Source of the DNA: a virus
UHGV virus genome: UHGV-0113858
Reading direction: 5' to 3' (one strand)
DNA length: 64,000 nucleotides
Shown: positions 55,444-63,274 of the stretch, in pieces
Layout: each line of letters opens with the position of its first letter
Position numbering within the stretch: position 1 is the stretch's first letter
Notes under the pieces: model-generated
What the model was told of the DNA's origin: nothing
Database searches by the model: none
The model's input: the letters and a program-made list of their open reading frames with translations, nothing else
Translations under genes and position numbers: made by a program

Positions 55444-57431
55444 TATTTCTCTCCTTTGCTATCAATAAATTTACGATACTCAGCCACCTCTGGTGAGTTA
55501 AAATGTTCCATCGGGATGTGCTTCAGCAACGGGTAACGTTCTTTTACCTTGTTAATCAGGCTTTTCCCAACACGAATCCGTCCACTAACGATTCTTTCCG
55601 CAGTTTTTTCTGCTCGATAATACCCTTTAATATTGTAAAGGGTGTTAGCCATATTAACCTTTTGCTTGTACTCAGGGTCTTTAACTATCTCAACACCCAA
55701 GACTTTCAAGTCTTTAACAAGAGAAGAATACTCCGAGCGCTTAGTTAACTGGTTAAGATGATACTCTAACAGATTTGAACTTGCAACCTTATAAAGGTCG
55801 TCCTGTGTGATCATCCTAACATCATCATCCAACCAACTAACCCGATTTAAAGGTACGATGTACAATTTATCATCAATACCAAGATCCGACAAGAAGGTCT
55901 CTGGTTGATGACGGTTAGAAAGGTACGCCGTAGACCCAAGATCACAAGTCCCACGCGCCTGACCACCAGAATAAATCATGGCATATTTGATATCATCAAA
56001 TTCCGCACGGGAGATACGTGTTTTCCTAATAGATCCACTCTGCTCAATGATCCATACCGGATGCCCTGGTTCATACAGGCTATAGCCGCCATACTTTTTA
56101 TCCGATTTAGATGCTGGGCGTTTTTCAAGATCAGACAACTTGTGGATCATACCGGAAAAGAATGGGTTTTCAGACATTTCCAACACTTTTGCATTATCTG
56201 TCAGATAAACCGCCTTCCCAGATACGTCGAACAACTGATTACATTTGCTCCTAACCAGCTTATTGTCGTCGTTGTATACAAGATGGTAACCATTCATCAT
56301 CTCCGCATATGAATAGTCTTTGTCAGTTCTACGCTTCTCCCCGTGGCCGTTGTAAGTTACACATTCCTTCACGCTCACAGTGTCAACATAATCTCTGAAC
56401 AATTCTGCAATGTATTTTGCGCCGTATTTTGTAGCAAACCACCCGCCAACTCGCTTCATATACTCCAGAACATCCGCAAGTTTTGGAAGCTTGCGGAGTT
56501 CATGGTAAATTTCTTCACCACGGCGATCAAGGGCCGTCTGAACGAATGTCTTAAGGCGCTCTTCGAAGCCACGGTCATTCTTGCCCTCGATAGTCCATTC
56601 ACGTCCCGGATTGACATCGCAATCCCCGATTGGGATGGACACCATTATCAGGGGCCATTCAGGGTTATTGCTCAGAAACTTTGATTTGTACGGCTGTTGT
56701 CCCATAACCACAACGCTATCAGCATTGTTAGATACCGACGAATACATTTCCAGCATCCAACCAGATTCTTCATCTTTGAACGTATACTGCACCGGGTAGG
56801 TACGGTCTCGAATAGATGAAGTCACAAATGGGTCATTGATCTCGTAAGGGAACTTAGCATAACGCAGGCAACTGATAATTGCACGGCGGTATTTCTCAGT
56901 CTCTGCCGGGTCAACGTTGAATTTGATTTCAACACCATTTTCTTCTATGGTTTTTGACTCGTGGAGAGGCACAACCTCAGGTATCCCTTGGTCTTTATGA
57001 ACAGAGTACACAGTTTTAGTACCATCTTTGATGGAGATGACACTGAACATGTCCGTAACGGTGAACGGGGCCTTGGAACCAATACCTTTCGCACCGATCA
57101 GATCGTTGGATTCACGTTTGGTGGACGACCCCAGCATCATGAAGGTCTGGGTAACCATGTCAAAGTCCATCCCAATACCACCATCCTTGACAGAATACCA
57201 CGGTTCTAGGTCAGTTGGGGAGTGGATGATAATCGGTTTATCCCGGCATCCGGCTTCTGTGTGTGCATCTACCGCATTGAACAGGGGTTCACGACAGGCA
57301 GCAAGGATCTTGTCCTCATAAATACCATCGATCAAGATACTGAAAGTTTCAGCATTAATCGCGATACCAGCCTGATAGCGTTTGACGTTGGTACTAACTT
57401 CTACCTTCTTCTCATTACGCTCGATTATCAT
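55443..57431 (-). CDS. rIIA: rIIA-like protein (N-terminal GHKL/HATPase_c domain)
   Basis: N box LFNAVDAH, G1 DGGIGMD, G2 GAKGIGSKAPF; 662 aa. Confidence 0.6.
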   Translation of the reverse strand: MIIERNEKKVEVSTNVKRYQAGIAINAETFSILIDGIYEDKILAACREPLFNAVDAHTEAGCRDKPIIIHSPTDLEPWYSVKDGGIGMDFDMVTQTFMMLGSSTKRESNDLIGAKGIGSKAPFTVTDMFSVISIKDGTKTVYSVHKDQGIPEVVPLHESKTIEENGVEIKFNVDPAETEKYRRAIISCLRYAKFPYEINDPFVTSSIRDRTYPVQYTFKDEESGWMLEMYSSVSNNADSVVVMGQQPYKSKFLSNNPEWPLIMVSIPIGDCDVNPGREWTIEGKNDRGFEERLKTFVQTALDRRGEEIYHELRKLPKLADVLEYMKRVGGWFATKYGAKYIAELFRDYVDTVSVKECVTYNGHGEKRRTDKDYSYAEMMNGYHLVYNDDNKLVRSKCNQLFDVSGKAVYLTDNAKVLEMSENPFFSGMIHKLSDLEKRPASKSDKKYGGYSLYEPGHPVWIIEQSGSIRKTRISRAEFDDIKYAMIYSGGQARGTCDLGSTAYLSNRHQPETFLSDLGIDDKLYIVPLNRVSWLDDDVRMITQDDLYKVASSNLLEYHLNQLTKRSEYSSLVKDLKVLGVEIVKDPEYKQKVNMANTLYNIKGYYRAEKTAERIVSGRIRVGKSLINKVKERYPLLKHIPMEHFNSPEVAEYRKFIDSKGEK

Positions 57432-57443
57432 CTACTTCTCCTA

Positions 57444-57596
57444 CTTTTTGCAGTTATTTATATTTAGTCTAAAGGCCGCTGTAGCCATACCTATTGCGTA
57501 TGCTCCGCAAATTTGTTCCCAATACATGGGCTGTGACAGTGACAATATCACACACAGAGGGGTAATGCAAACAAATATTACTAAGAATTTCTTCAT
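57444..57596 (-). CDS. small ORF (51 aa) with N-terminal hydrophobic segment, just downstream of the lysin gene
   Basis: MKKFLVIFVCITPLCVILSLSQ...; SD aggggg; not in the ORF track. Confidence 0.3.
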
Positions 57597-57600
57597 GAGT

Positions 57601-57996
57601 TCATGCCCCCTGAGAATCTTCTTTCTCTTTATAATATATATGGTTATCGATCCTGACTGTGCGTAGCATGGCCTTTGTCCAGTAGGGTTTTACTTTTCGT
57701 GAATGGTAGTGAGTGGCCCCGTGTGTTATGTCCAGAGCATCGTAAACGATCCTGTTCTGTTTATGAATCTTGATCAGAACTTTAGCAAACTCTTGTGCCT
57801 TATCCCAGCGATCCTTTTCATAGACTTTAAACGTTGTTCCTGAAGATGTCCAGGAGAATTGTCCGGGCTGGTAGACAATCTTCTTTACTGTTCCAGGATA
57901 CTTATCGTTATCCTTACGATTCAAAGTTACGAATGCGATCGACATTAACCCGGAATCACTTTCTCCACGGGCCTCTCGATACATATTACATGCCAA
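57601..57996 (-). CDS. SleB-type cell-wall hydrolase (candidate endolysin)
   Basis: NMYREARGE and GATHYH motifs of the Hydrolase_2 / SleB family; track start is TTG; upstream in-frame codons encode a signal-like LFLIALLTTLSTGPVIAEP without a canonical start. Confidence 0.55.
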   Translation of the reverse strand: MACNMYREARGESDSGLMSIAFVTLNRKDNDKYPGTVKKIVYQPGQFSWTSSGTTFKVYEKDRWDKAQEFAKVLIKIHKQNRIVYDALDITHGATHYHSRKVKPYWTKAMLRTVRIDNHIYYKEKEDSQGA

Positions 57997-58121
57997 GATG
58001 TTTACCGCTGTATCATCTTTTTTGCACAGATGAATTACCTTGGGCTTCTTTGCAGCACTTTTAAGAGGCTCCGCGATGACTGGGCCTGTTGAGAGTGTTG
58101 TTAGTAGTGCTATTAAAATAG

Positions 58122-58817
58122 TTAGATATTTGATGTTAACCTCCCATTTTTGATGTCTTCTTTTAGTACGTTTGCCTTTCTACAAAGGCCATCTTTAAGT
58201 CTTTGGTCCTCAACTGTAGCAATGATGTTATTTATTTGCAATATCTTTCTTTTTTGCCATGCCTGATGGGCAAGAATTTGGTCATCATATCTTCCTAAAT
58301 AGATACTTTTACCGTTCTCTCGAATTGTTGCACAAAACTTACCTTTGTAAAAAGATACCCCTAGCGCATAATCGCCCCTTGCAGAATCCCTAGACAAAAA
58401 GAAGTTATTCAAAGATTGAGTAACAAAAACACAGGTCTCTGGGGAATATAATTTACCATTACCAAGGATATCCTTGTCAAGAGCCTTATTTTCCCAATCT
58501 TGAGACATCATCCATGCTTTGAAATTGCTGAATACGAGCCATTCAGAGCATACGGACACCCCGTTATAAGAGGGATGGTTCTCCAAGTATTGTGGGTCAT
58601 AGCATCTTGTCAGCATCCACAACCATCTTGAATAGTATGGGCACCTCCAGTTTGGGTTTCTTGTAGCCACAGGTGTGGTTACATCCATTATTCCAACACT
58701 AAAAACCTTTTTTCTTAATTTCAAATTTACACTCCAAATTAAAAAGCCCCATGCGGGGCTGTATTGCATATCAACGATGGGAGACATCTCCTGTGACTGT
58801 TCTAACATTACCTTCAA
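58122..58817 (-). CDS. AP2-domain putative homing endonuclease (paralog of the gene at 53525)
   Basis: WRCPYYSRWLWMLTRCY... plus AP2-like GVSFYKGKFCATIRENGKSIYLGRYDDQILAHQAW. Confidence 0.5.
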   Translation of the reverse strand: MKVMLEQSQEMSPIVDMQYSPAWGFLIWSVNLKLRKKVFSVGIMDVTTPVATRNPNWRCPYYSRWLWMLTRCYDPQYLENHPSYNGVSVCSEWLVFSNFKAWMMSQDWENKALDKDILGNGKLYSPETCVFVTQSLNNFFLSRDSARGDYALGVSFYKGKFCATIRENGKSIYLGRYDDQILAHQAWQKRKILQINNIIATVEDQRLKDGLCRKANVLKEDIKNGRLTSNI

Positions 58818-59253
58818 TGGTTTCTGCTACAACGTCTCCCGAGACGGTGGTCACATCTGCAAGTGACCCTGTTTCGATACGGACATCACCAGAAACAGTC
58901 TTAACATTACCTGCTGTGCCATACACCTTCACATCCCCAGATGTGGTGTTTATGCTCCCGGTATTTCCGTGGATGACCACGATAATGTTTTTATCAGAAG
59001 TGGTATAGACTTCTTTTCCGTTGATGAGGATTTTATCCCCATTTGCAGAAATACTCAAGTCTCTACCAATAATGTCACCATTAACGACGGTATCCCCGTT
59101 GATCGTGATGGTATTACCATCCACTTTAACCATAGATTGCTCCTTTGCATGTTTTAATTTCACTGCTAAGTATTCACGCAGACCCATTAAACCGCCTCCA
59201 AGTCCGACTCTGGATGGAATAACCACCCGATATGGTCTATAGAATATGCCCAT
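58771..59253 (-). CDS. bactofilin-like repeat protein
   Basis: Repeats TSGDVKVYGTAGNVKTVSGDVRIETGSLADVTTVSGDVVAETIEGNVRTVTGDV typical of bactofilin/CcmA beta-helix. Confidence 0.4.
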   Translation of the reverse strand: MGIFYRPYRVVIPSRVGLGGGLMGLREYLAVKLKHAKEQSMVKVDGNTITINGDTVVNGDIIGRDLSISANGDKILINGKEVYTTSDKNIIVVIHGNTGSINTTSGDVKVYGTAGNVKTVSGDVRIETGSLADVTTVSGDVVAETIEGNVRTVTGDVSHR

Positions 59254-59429
59254 TCGGCCTTGTTGTACTCATCCCCTTCTGAAAAGTACATGGTTGAAAT
59301 AGGGCCTATCTTACCGCTCCAAGTATCTTTGACTATCTGCCCGACTTTAAACTTCGGTTCTGGTCTCACCATTCTTAATGACCCTCGCTTTTTGGACATG
59401 ATAGACAAACTGTTTGTTCTCTTTAACAA
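59187..59429 (-). CDS. hypothetical protein
   Basis: 80-aa ORF. Confidence 0.3.
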   Translation of the reverse strand: MLKRTNSLSIMSKKRGSLRMVRPEPKFKVGQIVKDTWSGKIGPISTMYFSEGDEYNKAEWAYSIDHIGWLFHPESDLEAV

Positions 59430-59534
59430 ACTTTTTGCCCTGTTCTTCGTCTTCGAAAATCAAGGTATCACACTCGGTGAAAGAATGTCCAGGTCTTTTT
59501 TCAACAGACCGCGTTGTGGCTACAATGAGGGCCA

Positions 59535-60626
59535 TTAGCCCTCCTCACTCAGACGAGTCATGTACCATGCACGAGCTTTGTTGCTGATAAACTTGCCAAC
59601 ATCTTTCATGGTCATGGAGCTGGCTTCCAGAACATCACCCTCTTCCTTGTTGATGTCTCGGTTAATCCATCCAATGAATTCACCAATCTTAGTCTGGTCA
59701 AGACCGACTTCGCTAACACCCTGCTCAAGACGTGCTTCCGTCACAGCGTACTCAACGAACTCACGCATACTTGCGAGGCGTTCTGGGTCGATTGCCGCCA
59801 GGGTCTTAACTTTGGATACAGAATGTTTATCACCCTTAACTTTAAACCACAGGCCAGAGATTTTAGAAAGCTCAGGATCTTTTGGAGACCAGACAATGCC
59901 TTCACCGATACCTTCTACGCCAAAGAACTTACCTGCCGGGCATTTGTTTTCCACTTCACGAGTCAGTTCTGCCAGGTCATTCTGGACAAGTTCCGGCTCA
60001 TTGAATGGGATATTAGCCATCCAGTAACCGAAGTCAAGGATACTGTAGATACGAGCATCCGGCAATCCAATTCCAAACTGGAACGTTGGCGGTAGCCAGT
60101 TGAGGGTATCCGTTGCCTCATCCCGGCCCACAGCCACACGGAAGATAGCAAAGAATGGCTCTACCTCAGTGATGGCAACACCTTTCTGAATGCCACGACC
60201 AGCCCATTCACCAGCAATTTCAACCGGGAACTGGAACTCAACGTCATTGACTTCACACAGATATTTAACCTGAGAAAGCAACTCTGCGGTGTCTTTTCGA
60301 GACATGAAGGCCGCGAAGCCATTGTTATCGTCACCTACAGTCACGACACGCTCTTTGGACTGGAAGACAACTTCATCCTCAGAGTGGAATACCACACTGC
60401 CATTAGTGCCGTGAAGCTTAACCGTACCGATGTACGGGATCAGGTACGCTTCCGGTGGCAACACCTTCCGCTTGATATTACCCTCTTCATCAATACCGTC
60501 GAACGTCAGTTTATCATGCATGGTGCGGATAACCTGACGGAACTGTGCGGTGCTTGGGTATTTAATTGGTTTTGTCAATTTTATTCTCCTCAAATAATTT
60601 GCTAATGTGTCCGCCAGAAAGTTCAA
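59535..60626 (-). CDS. ATP-dependent RNA ligase (Rnl2-like nucleotidyltransferase)
   Basis: Motif I VKLHGTNGS (T4 Rnl2 KIHGTN), motif IV GEGIVW, motif V FKVKG; 363 aa. Confidence 0.55.
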   Translation of the reverse strand: MNFLADTLANYLRRIKLTKPIKYPSTAQFRQVIRTMHDKLTFDGIDEEGNIKRKVLPPEAYLIPYIGTVKLHGTNGSVVFHSEDEVVFQSKERVVTVGDDNNGFAAFMSRKDTAELLSQVKYLCEVNDVEFQFPVEIAGEWAGRGIQKGVAITEVEPFFAIFRVAVGRDEATDTLNWLPPTFQFGIGLPDARIYSILDFGYWMANIPFNEPELVQNDLAELTREVENKCPAGKFFGVEGIGEGIVWSPKDPELSKISGLWFKVKGDKHSVSKVKTLAAIDPERLASMREFVEYAVTEARLEQGVSEVGLDQTKIGEFIGWINRDINKEEGDVLEASSMTMKDVGKFISNKARAWYMTRLSEEG

Positions 60627-60819
60627 GAACTACATATCTTTGTTGGTCATCAAAATACTGCTTCCCACTCCATGTTGCGTGGACAAGATTCCACGCATTC
60701 TTGGCAGCGCCAGAGCTAATCCATCCAATCTTGGCTTTGTGGTTCCAGAGGCATCTGTCAACAGTGTCATAGATGACAAAAACCGATTTACTCATCAGGA
60801 CCCTCCAGCTTCCAGCCAC
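60562..60819 (-). CDS. hypothetical protein
   Basis: 85-aa ORF. Confidence 0.3.
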   Translation of the reverse strand: MAGSWRVLMSKSVFVIYDTVDRCLWNHKAKIGWISSGAAKNAWNLVHATWSGKQYFDDQQRYVVLELSGGHISKLFEENKIDKTN

Positions 60820-60976
60820 GACTATTCAGCCATTCGTCAATCTGAATACCCGTGCCGTCACCACTTGGTTTCTCTACCCCAAGTAGTAGTATGGCAAAGC
60901 TCTGACCACGAGGGGCGTTATAGGTTAACACCGTATTACCCACATAAAGGTCGATCTTTTTGGTATGTGCTACCAT
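60788..60976 (-). CDS. hypothetical small protein (start chosen to avoid overlap with the macro gene)
   Basis: MVAHTKKIDLYVGN...; the longer ORF 60788..61111 would overlap 60985..61596 by 127 nt. Confidence 0.25.
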   Translation of the reverse strand: MVAHTKKIDLYVGNTVLTYNAPRGQSFAILLLGVEKPSGDGTGIQIDEWLNSRGWKLEGPDE

Positions 60977-60984
60977 ACCGTCTC

Positions 60985-61596
60985 TCAATTTAACCACGAT
61001 AATCCAGTCCCCCCTGTGGATAATCCACATTTTGTCATTTCCCGAATGGCAGCGATCTGTTCTGATGTCAGAGGGCCGTCGTCTGGAGGGTAGTAACCAG
61101 GGATTTCCCATTCTTTCAAGACATAAACTGTCACATCACAATCAAAGAAGATTGATTTGATCATTGCCTCGATGACGTTCCAGTCACCGCCTGCAAGGCC
61201 AGCACCGATTTTAGGGAACCCGATTCGATAGGTGTCCATAGGGCCGTCTGTATAGCTCTGTAAGAGCTTTTTCATCTCAACCATCGAATCGTACAGGGCA
61301 TTGTAATCAAGGTCCCTGAGGCCCTGTTTACGGCGATTATAGCCGTATTGCGAATACAGATTAAATCCTGCGAGAGATCCATCATTCAAAAAGGCCATTG
61401 TACAGGTTCCCAGCTTGGTCTTATCGCCCTTCTCAGTTTTCAGATCGGCAGCGTACATCTTAGGGAATGCTTCTTTGATCAACGGGGCGATTCCGCTCCC
61501 CATTGTGCAATAGCAATTACAGCCATGTCCAAAGACATTAATCTCACCACTTTTTGCAGCATCGATCAGGTCACCAACTTTGTATTTGAAGCTCAT
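60985..61596 (-). CDS. macro-domain protein (ADP-ribose binding/processing)
   Basis: NVFGHGCNCYCTMGSGIAPLI and RIGFPKIGAGLAGGDW match the macrodomain core (…GGGV…/…FPxISTGxxGxP…); 203 aa. Confidence 0.55.
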   Translation of the reverse strand: MSFKYKVGDLIDAAKSGEINVFGHGCNCYCTMGSGIAPLIKEAFPKMYAADLKTEKGDKTKLGTCTMAFLNDGSLAGFNLYSQYGYNRRKQGLRDLDYNALYDSMVEMKKLLQSYTDGPMDTYRIGFPKIGAGLAGGDWNVIEAMIKSIFFDCDVTVYVLKEWEIPGYYPPDDGPLTSEQIAAIREMTKCGLSTGGTGLSWLN

Positions 61597-61766
61597 CGCA
61601 CTTCCTCACATTCGTATGGATAGATATCGAGGTCTTGGCCTTTCCACTCACAACGGTAATAATCAATAAATGTCCCATTATACACTTCCTCCAGAACATC
61701 CAGAATATCACCTTTTTGGGGGGCGCGCCCTTGTTCGCTGTAACTTGCGGTCATTTTAACTTTCAT
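61593..61766 (-). CDS. small ORF (57 aa) MKVKMTASYSEQGRAPQKGDILDVLEEVYNGTFIDYYRCEWKGQDLDIYPYECEEVR
   Basis: SD gagaggag; ATGA overlap with the macro gene start; under the ORF-track cutoff. Confidence 0.3.
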   Translation of the reverse strand: MKVKMTASYSEQGRAPQKGDILDVLEEVYNGTFIDYYRCEWKGQDLDIYPYECEEVR

Positions 61767-61938
61767 TTACAACTCCTCTCTTTAAACTCTTTCATGGATT
61801 CAATAGCATCCGAACGATTTTTCGCGCAGACAACAAACACCCGATAACGTCGATAGGTGTATCCTGCCATAACACAGTCGGCAGTGTCAAGCCACCAACA
61901 CTCGTTTAGTTCAGAAACTGGGAATTTGAATTTTGCCA

Positions 61939-62247
61939 TTATTTCCTCTTCTTCTTTTTCTTCTTTAGTTTGTTGTGACCACGCCCCTTAAAGATCTTAA
62001 ACTTAGCATAGTCAACATCATCATTATCAATCATAATGATATTGTTTGCAGGACGGGCAGATATCGCGTCCAAAGAAATGGTTTCTGCATCCCACAAAGA
62101 CGCTAGTGTTGAGTACCCTACAGGGTTACCGCAGCCAAGAACAACAATCTTTCTATCGCCAACCATTTCTTTGAGGGCTTCACGGACCTTTTCCAGTTCT
62201 TCTTTCTGGTCTTCTGTTAACTCTGGCCCAATGTTCTGAAGATTCAT
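61939..62247 (-). CDS. hypothetical protein with poly-Lys tail
   Basis: 102 aa ending KLKKKKKKRK. Confidence 0.35.
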   Translation of the reverse strand: MNLQNIGPELTEDQKEELEKVREALKEMVGDRKIVVLGCGNPVGYSTLASLWDAETISLDAISARPANNIIMIDNDDVDYAKFKIFKGRGHNKLKKKKKKRK

Positions 62248-62250
62248 TCA

Positions 62251-62583
62251 TCACCCCTGTTGTACAAAAAGATGAGGGTAGACCTCATAGACCTCTTTTT
62301 CAAGCCCTCCGAGAGCCTTGCAACGGCGAACACGGTCCTCATTCCAACCGAATTCCCTCACTTCATCAGCCAAACGTTGGACACGATCATATGCAGGGCG
62401 GAAAGTTTCACGGTCCCCATACACCATGCAGTGCGTAAAGAAACAGATCATCGCCTCGATATCGAACCAGTGTGGCTGATATGCCTGCACTAGGTCATTA
62501 GCACCTCCGACATTTTTGAAATGCGCTTCAGTGATCGGTACAGAAGAAGGGATCTCGTCAGAATTCGAAAAGTTTTTTACCAT
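62251..62583 (-). CDS. hypothetical protein
   Basis: 110-aa ORF. Confidence 0.35.
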   Translation of the reverse strand: MVKNFSNSDEIPSSVPITEAHFKNVGGANDLVQAYQPHWFDIEAMICFFTHCMVYGDRETFRPAYDRVQRLADEVREFGWNEDRVRRCKALGGLEKEVYEVYPHLFVQQG

Positions 62584-62876
62584 AATTCCCCCTTCATGAG
62601 GACAATCCGGTTACGATGTGCATAATCACGGAAGGCCCCAAGATTATCTTTATCGTGTTTAGCAATCTTCTCAAGAACTTCCATTGCAGTTATGCCAGAT
62701 GTCCAGCCTGACTGACAGAAGCCATTGTCTGTACGAAGATAACACTCTTTTCCAGCCTGTCCATATCGTGCCTGGTTTTCAATATCACTGATGTCAAGGT
62801 CACTGATCCTAACAAGGCGCTCTTCCCCAGTAAAATCGGGAATGTAGATATAACCAAAACCTGGTGAACGTCTCAT
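62577..62876 (-). CDS. hypothetical protein
   Basis: 99-aa ORF. Confidence 0.35.
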   Translation of the reverse strand: MRRSPGFGYIYIPDFTGEERLVRISDLDISDIENQARYGQAGKECYLRTDNGFCQSGWTSGITAMEVLEKIAKHDKDNLGAFRDYAHRNRIVLMKGELW

Positions 62877-63021
62877 ACTTTAACCTCCACGTAATAAGGT
62901 AATCGCTTGATCAAGTCCTCAGGGGCACCGTTTTCTGTCCAAGTGAGGCCTTGGTCACCAGACACATAGCCTTTACCGTTAACAAACTTGCGCCAGATGT
63001 TACGAAACTGGTTTTTGTAGA

Positions 63022-63213
63022 TCATTCGATCACACTCCAGCCTTCATCCTGCCATGATTCACCACGATACCAGCCTGCCATAGGGCAACCGTCTTCTGCG
63101 TAGATACGCCCATCAACCATTTCGAACCATTCATCAGAAGTGAAATATTGGTTACGGATACGTTTACCTTCACGCATAGCCTGCTGTGCTTCTTTCCAGT
63201 TTAATTTCGGCAT
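63022..63213 (-). CDS. DUF2829 / Tad2-like small protein (candidate Thoeris-signal sponge)
   Basis: Start MPKLNWKEAQQAMREGKRIRNQYF (DUF2829-type [FW]xEAxxA[LM][KR]xGK[KR][VI]) and C-terminal ...GWYRGESWQDEGWSVIE (compare ...DWEIVE); SD gagga; 63 aa. Confidence 0.45.
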   Translation of the reverse strand: MPKLNWKEAQQAMREGKRIRNQYFTSDEWFEMVDGRIYAEDGCPMAGWYRGESWQDEGWSVIE

Positions 63214-63274
63214 GAGTATATCCTCGTTTTGTTTGATGCATAAAGCATAACAGCCCCCGGAGGGGCTGTCAATA

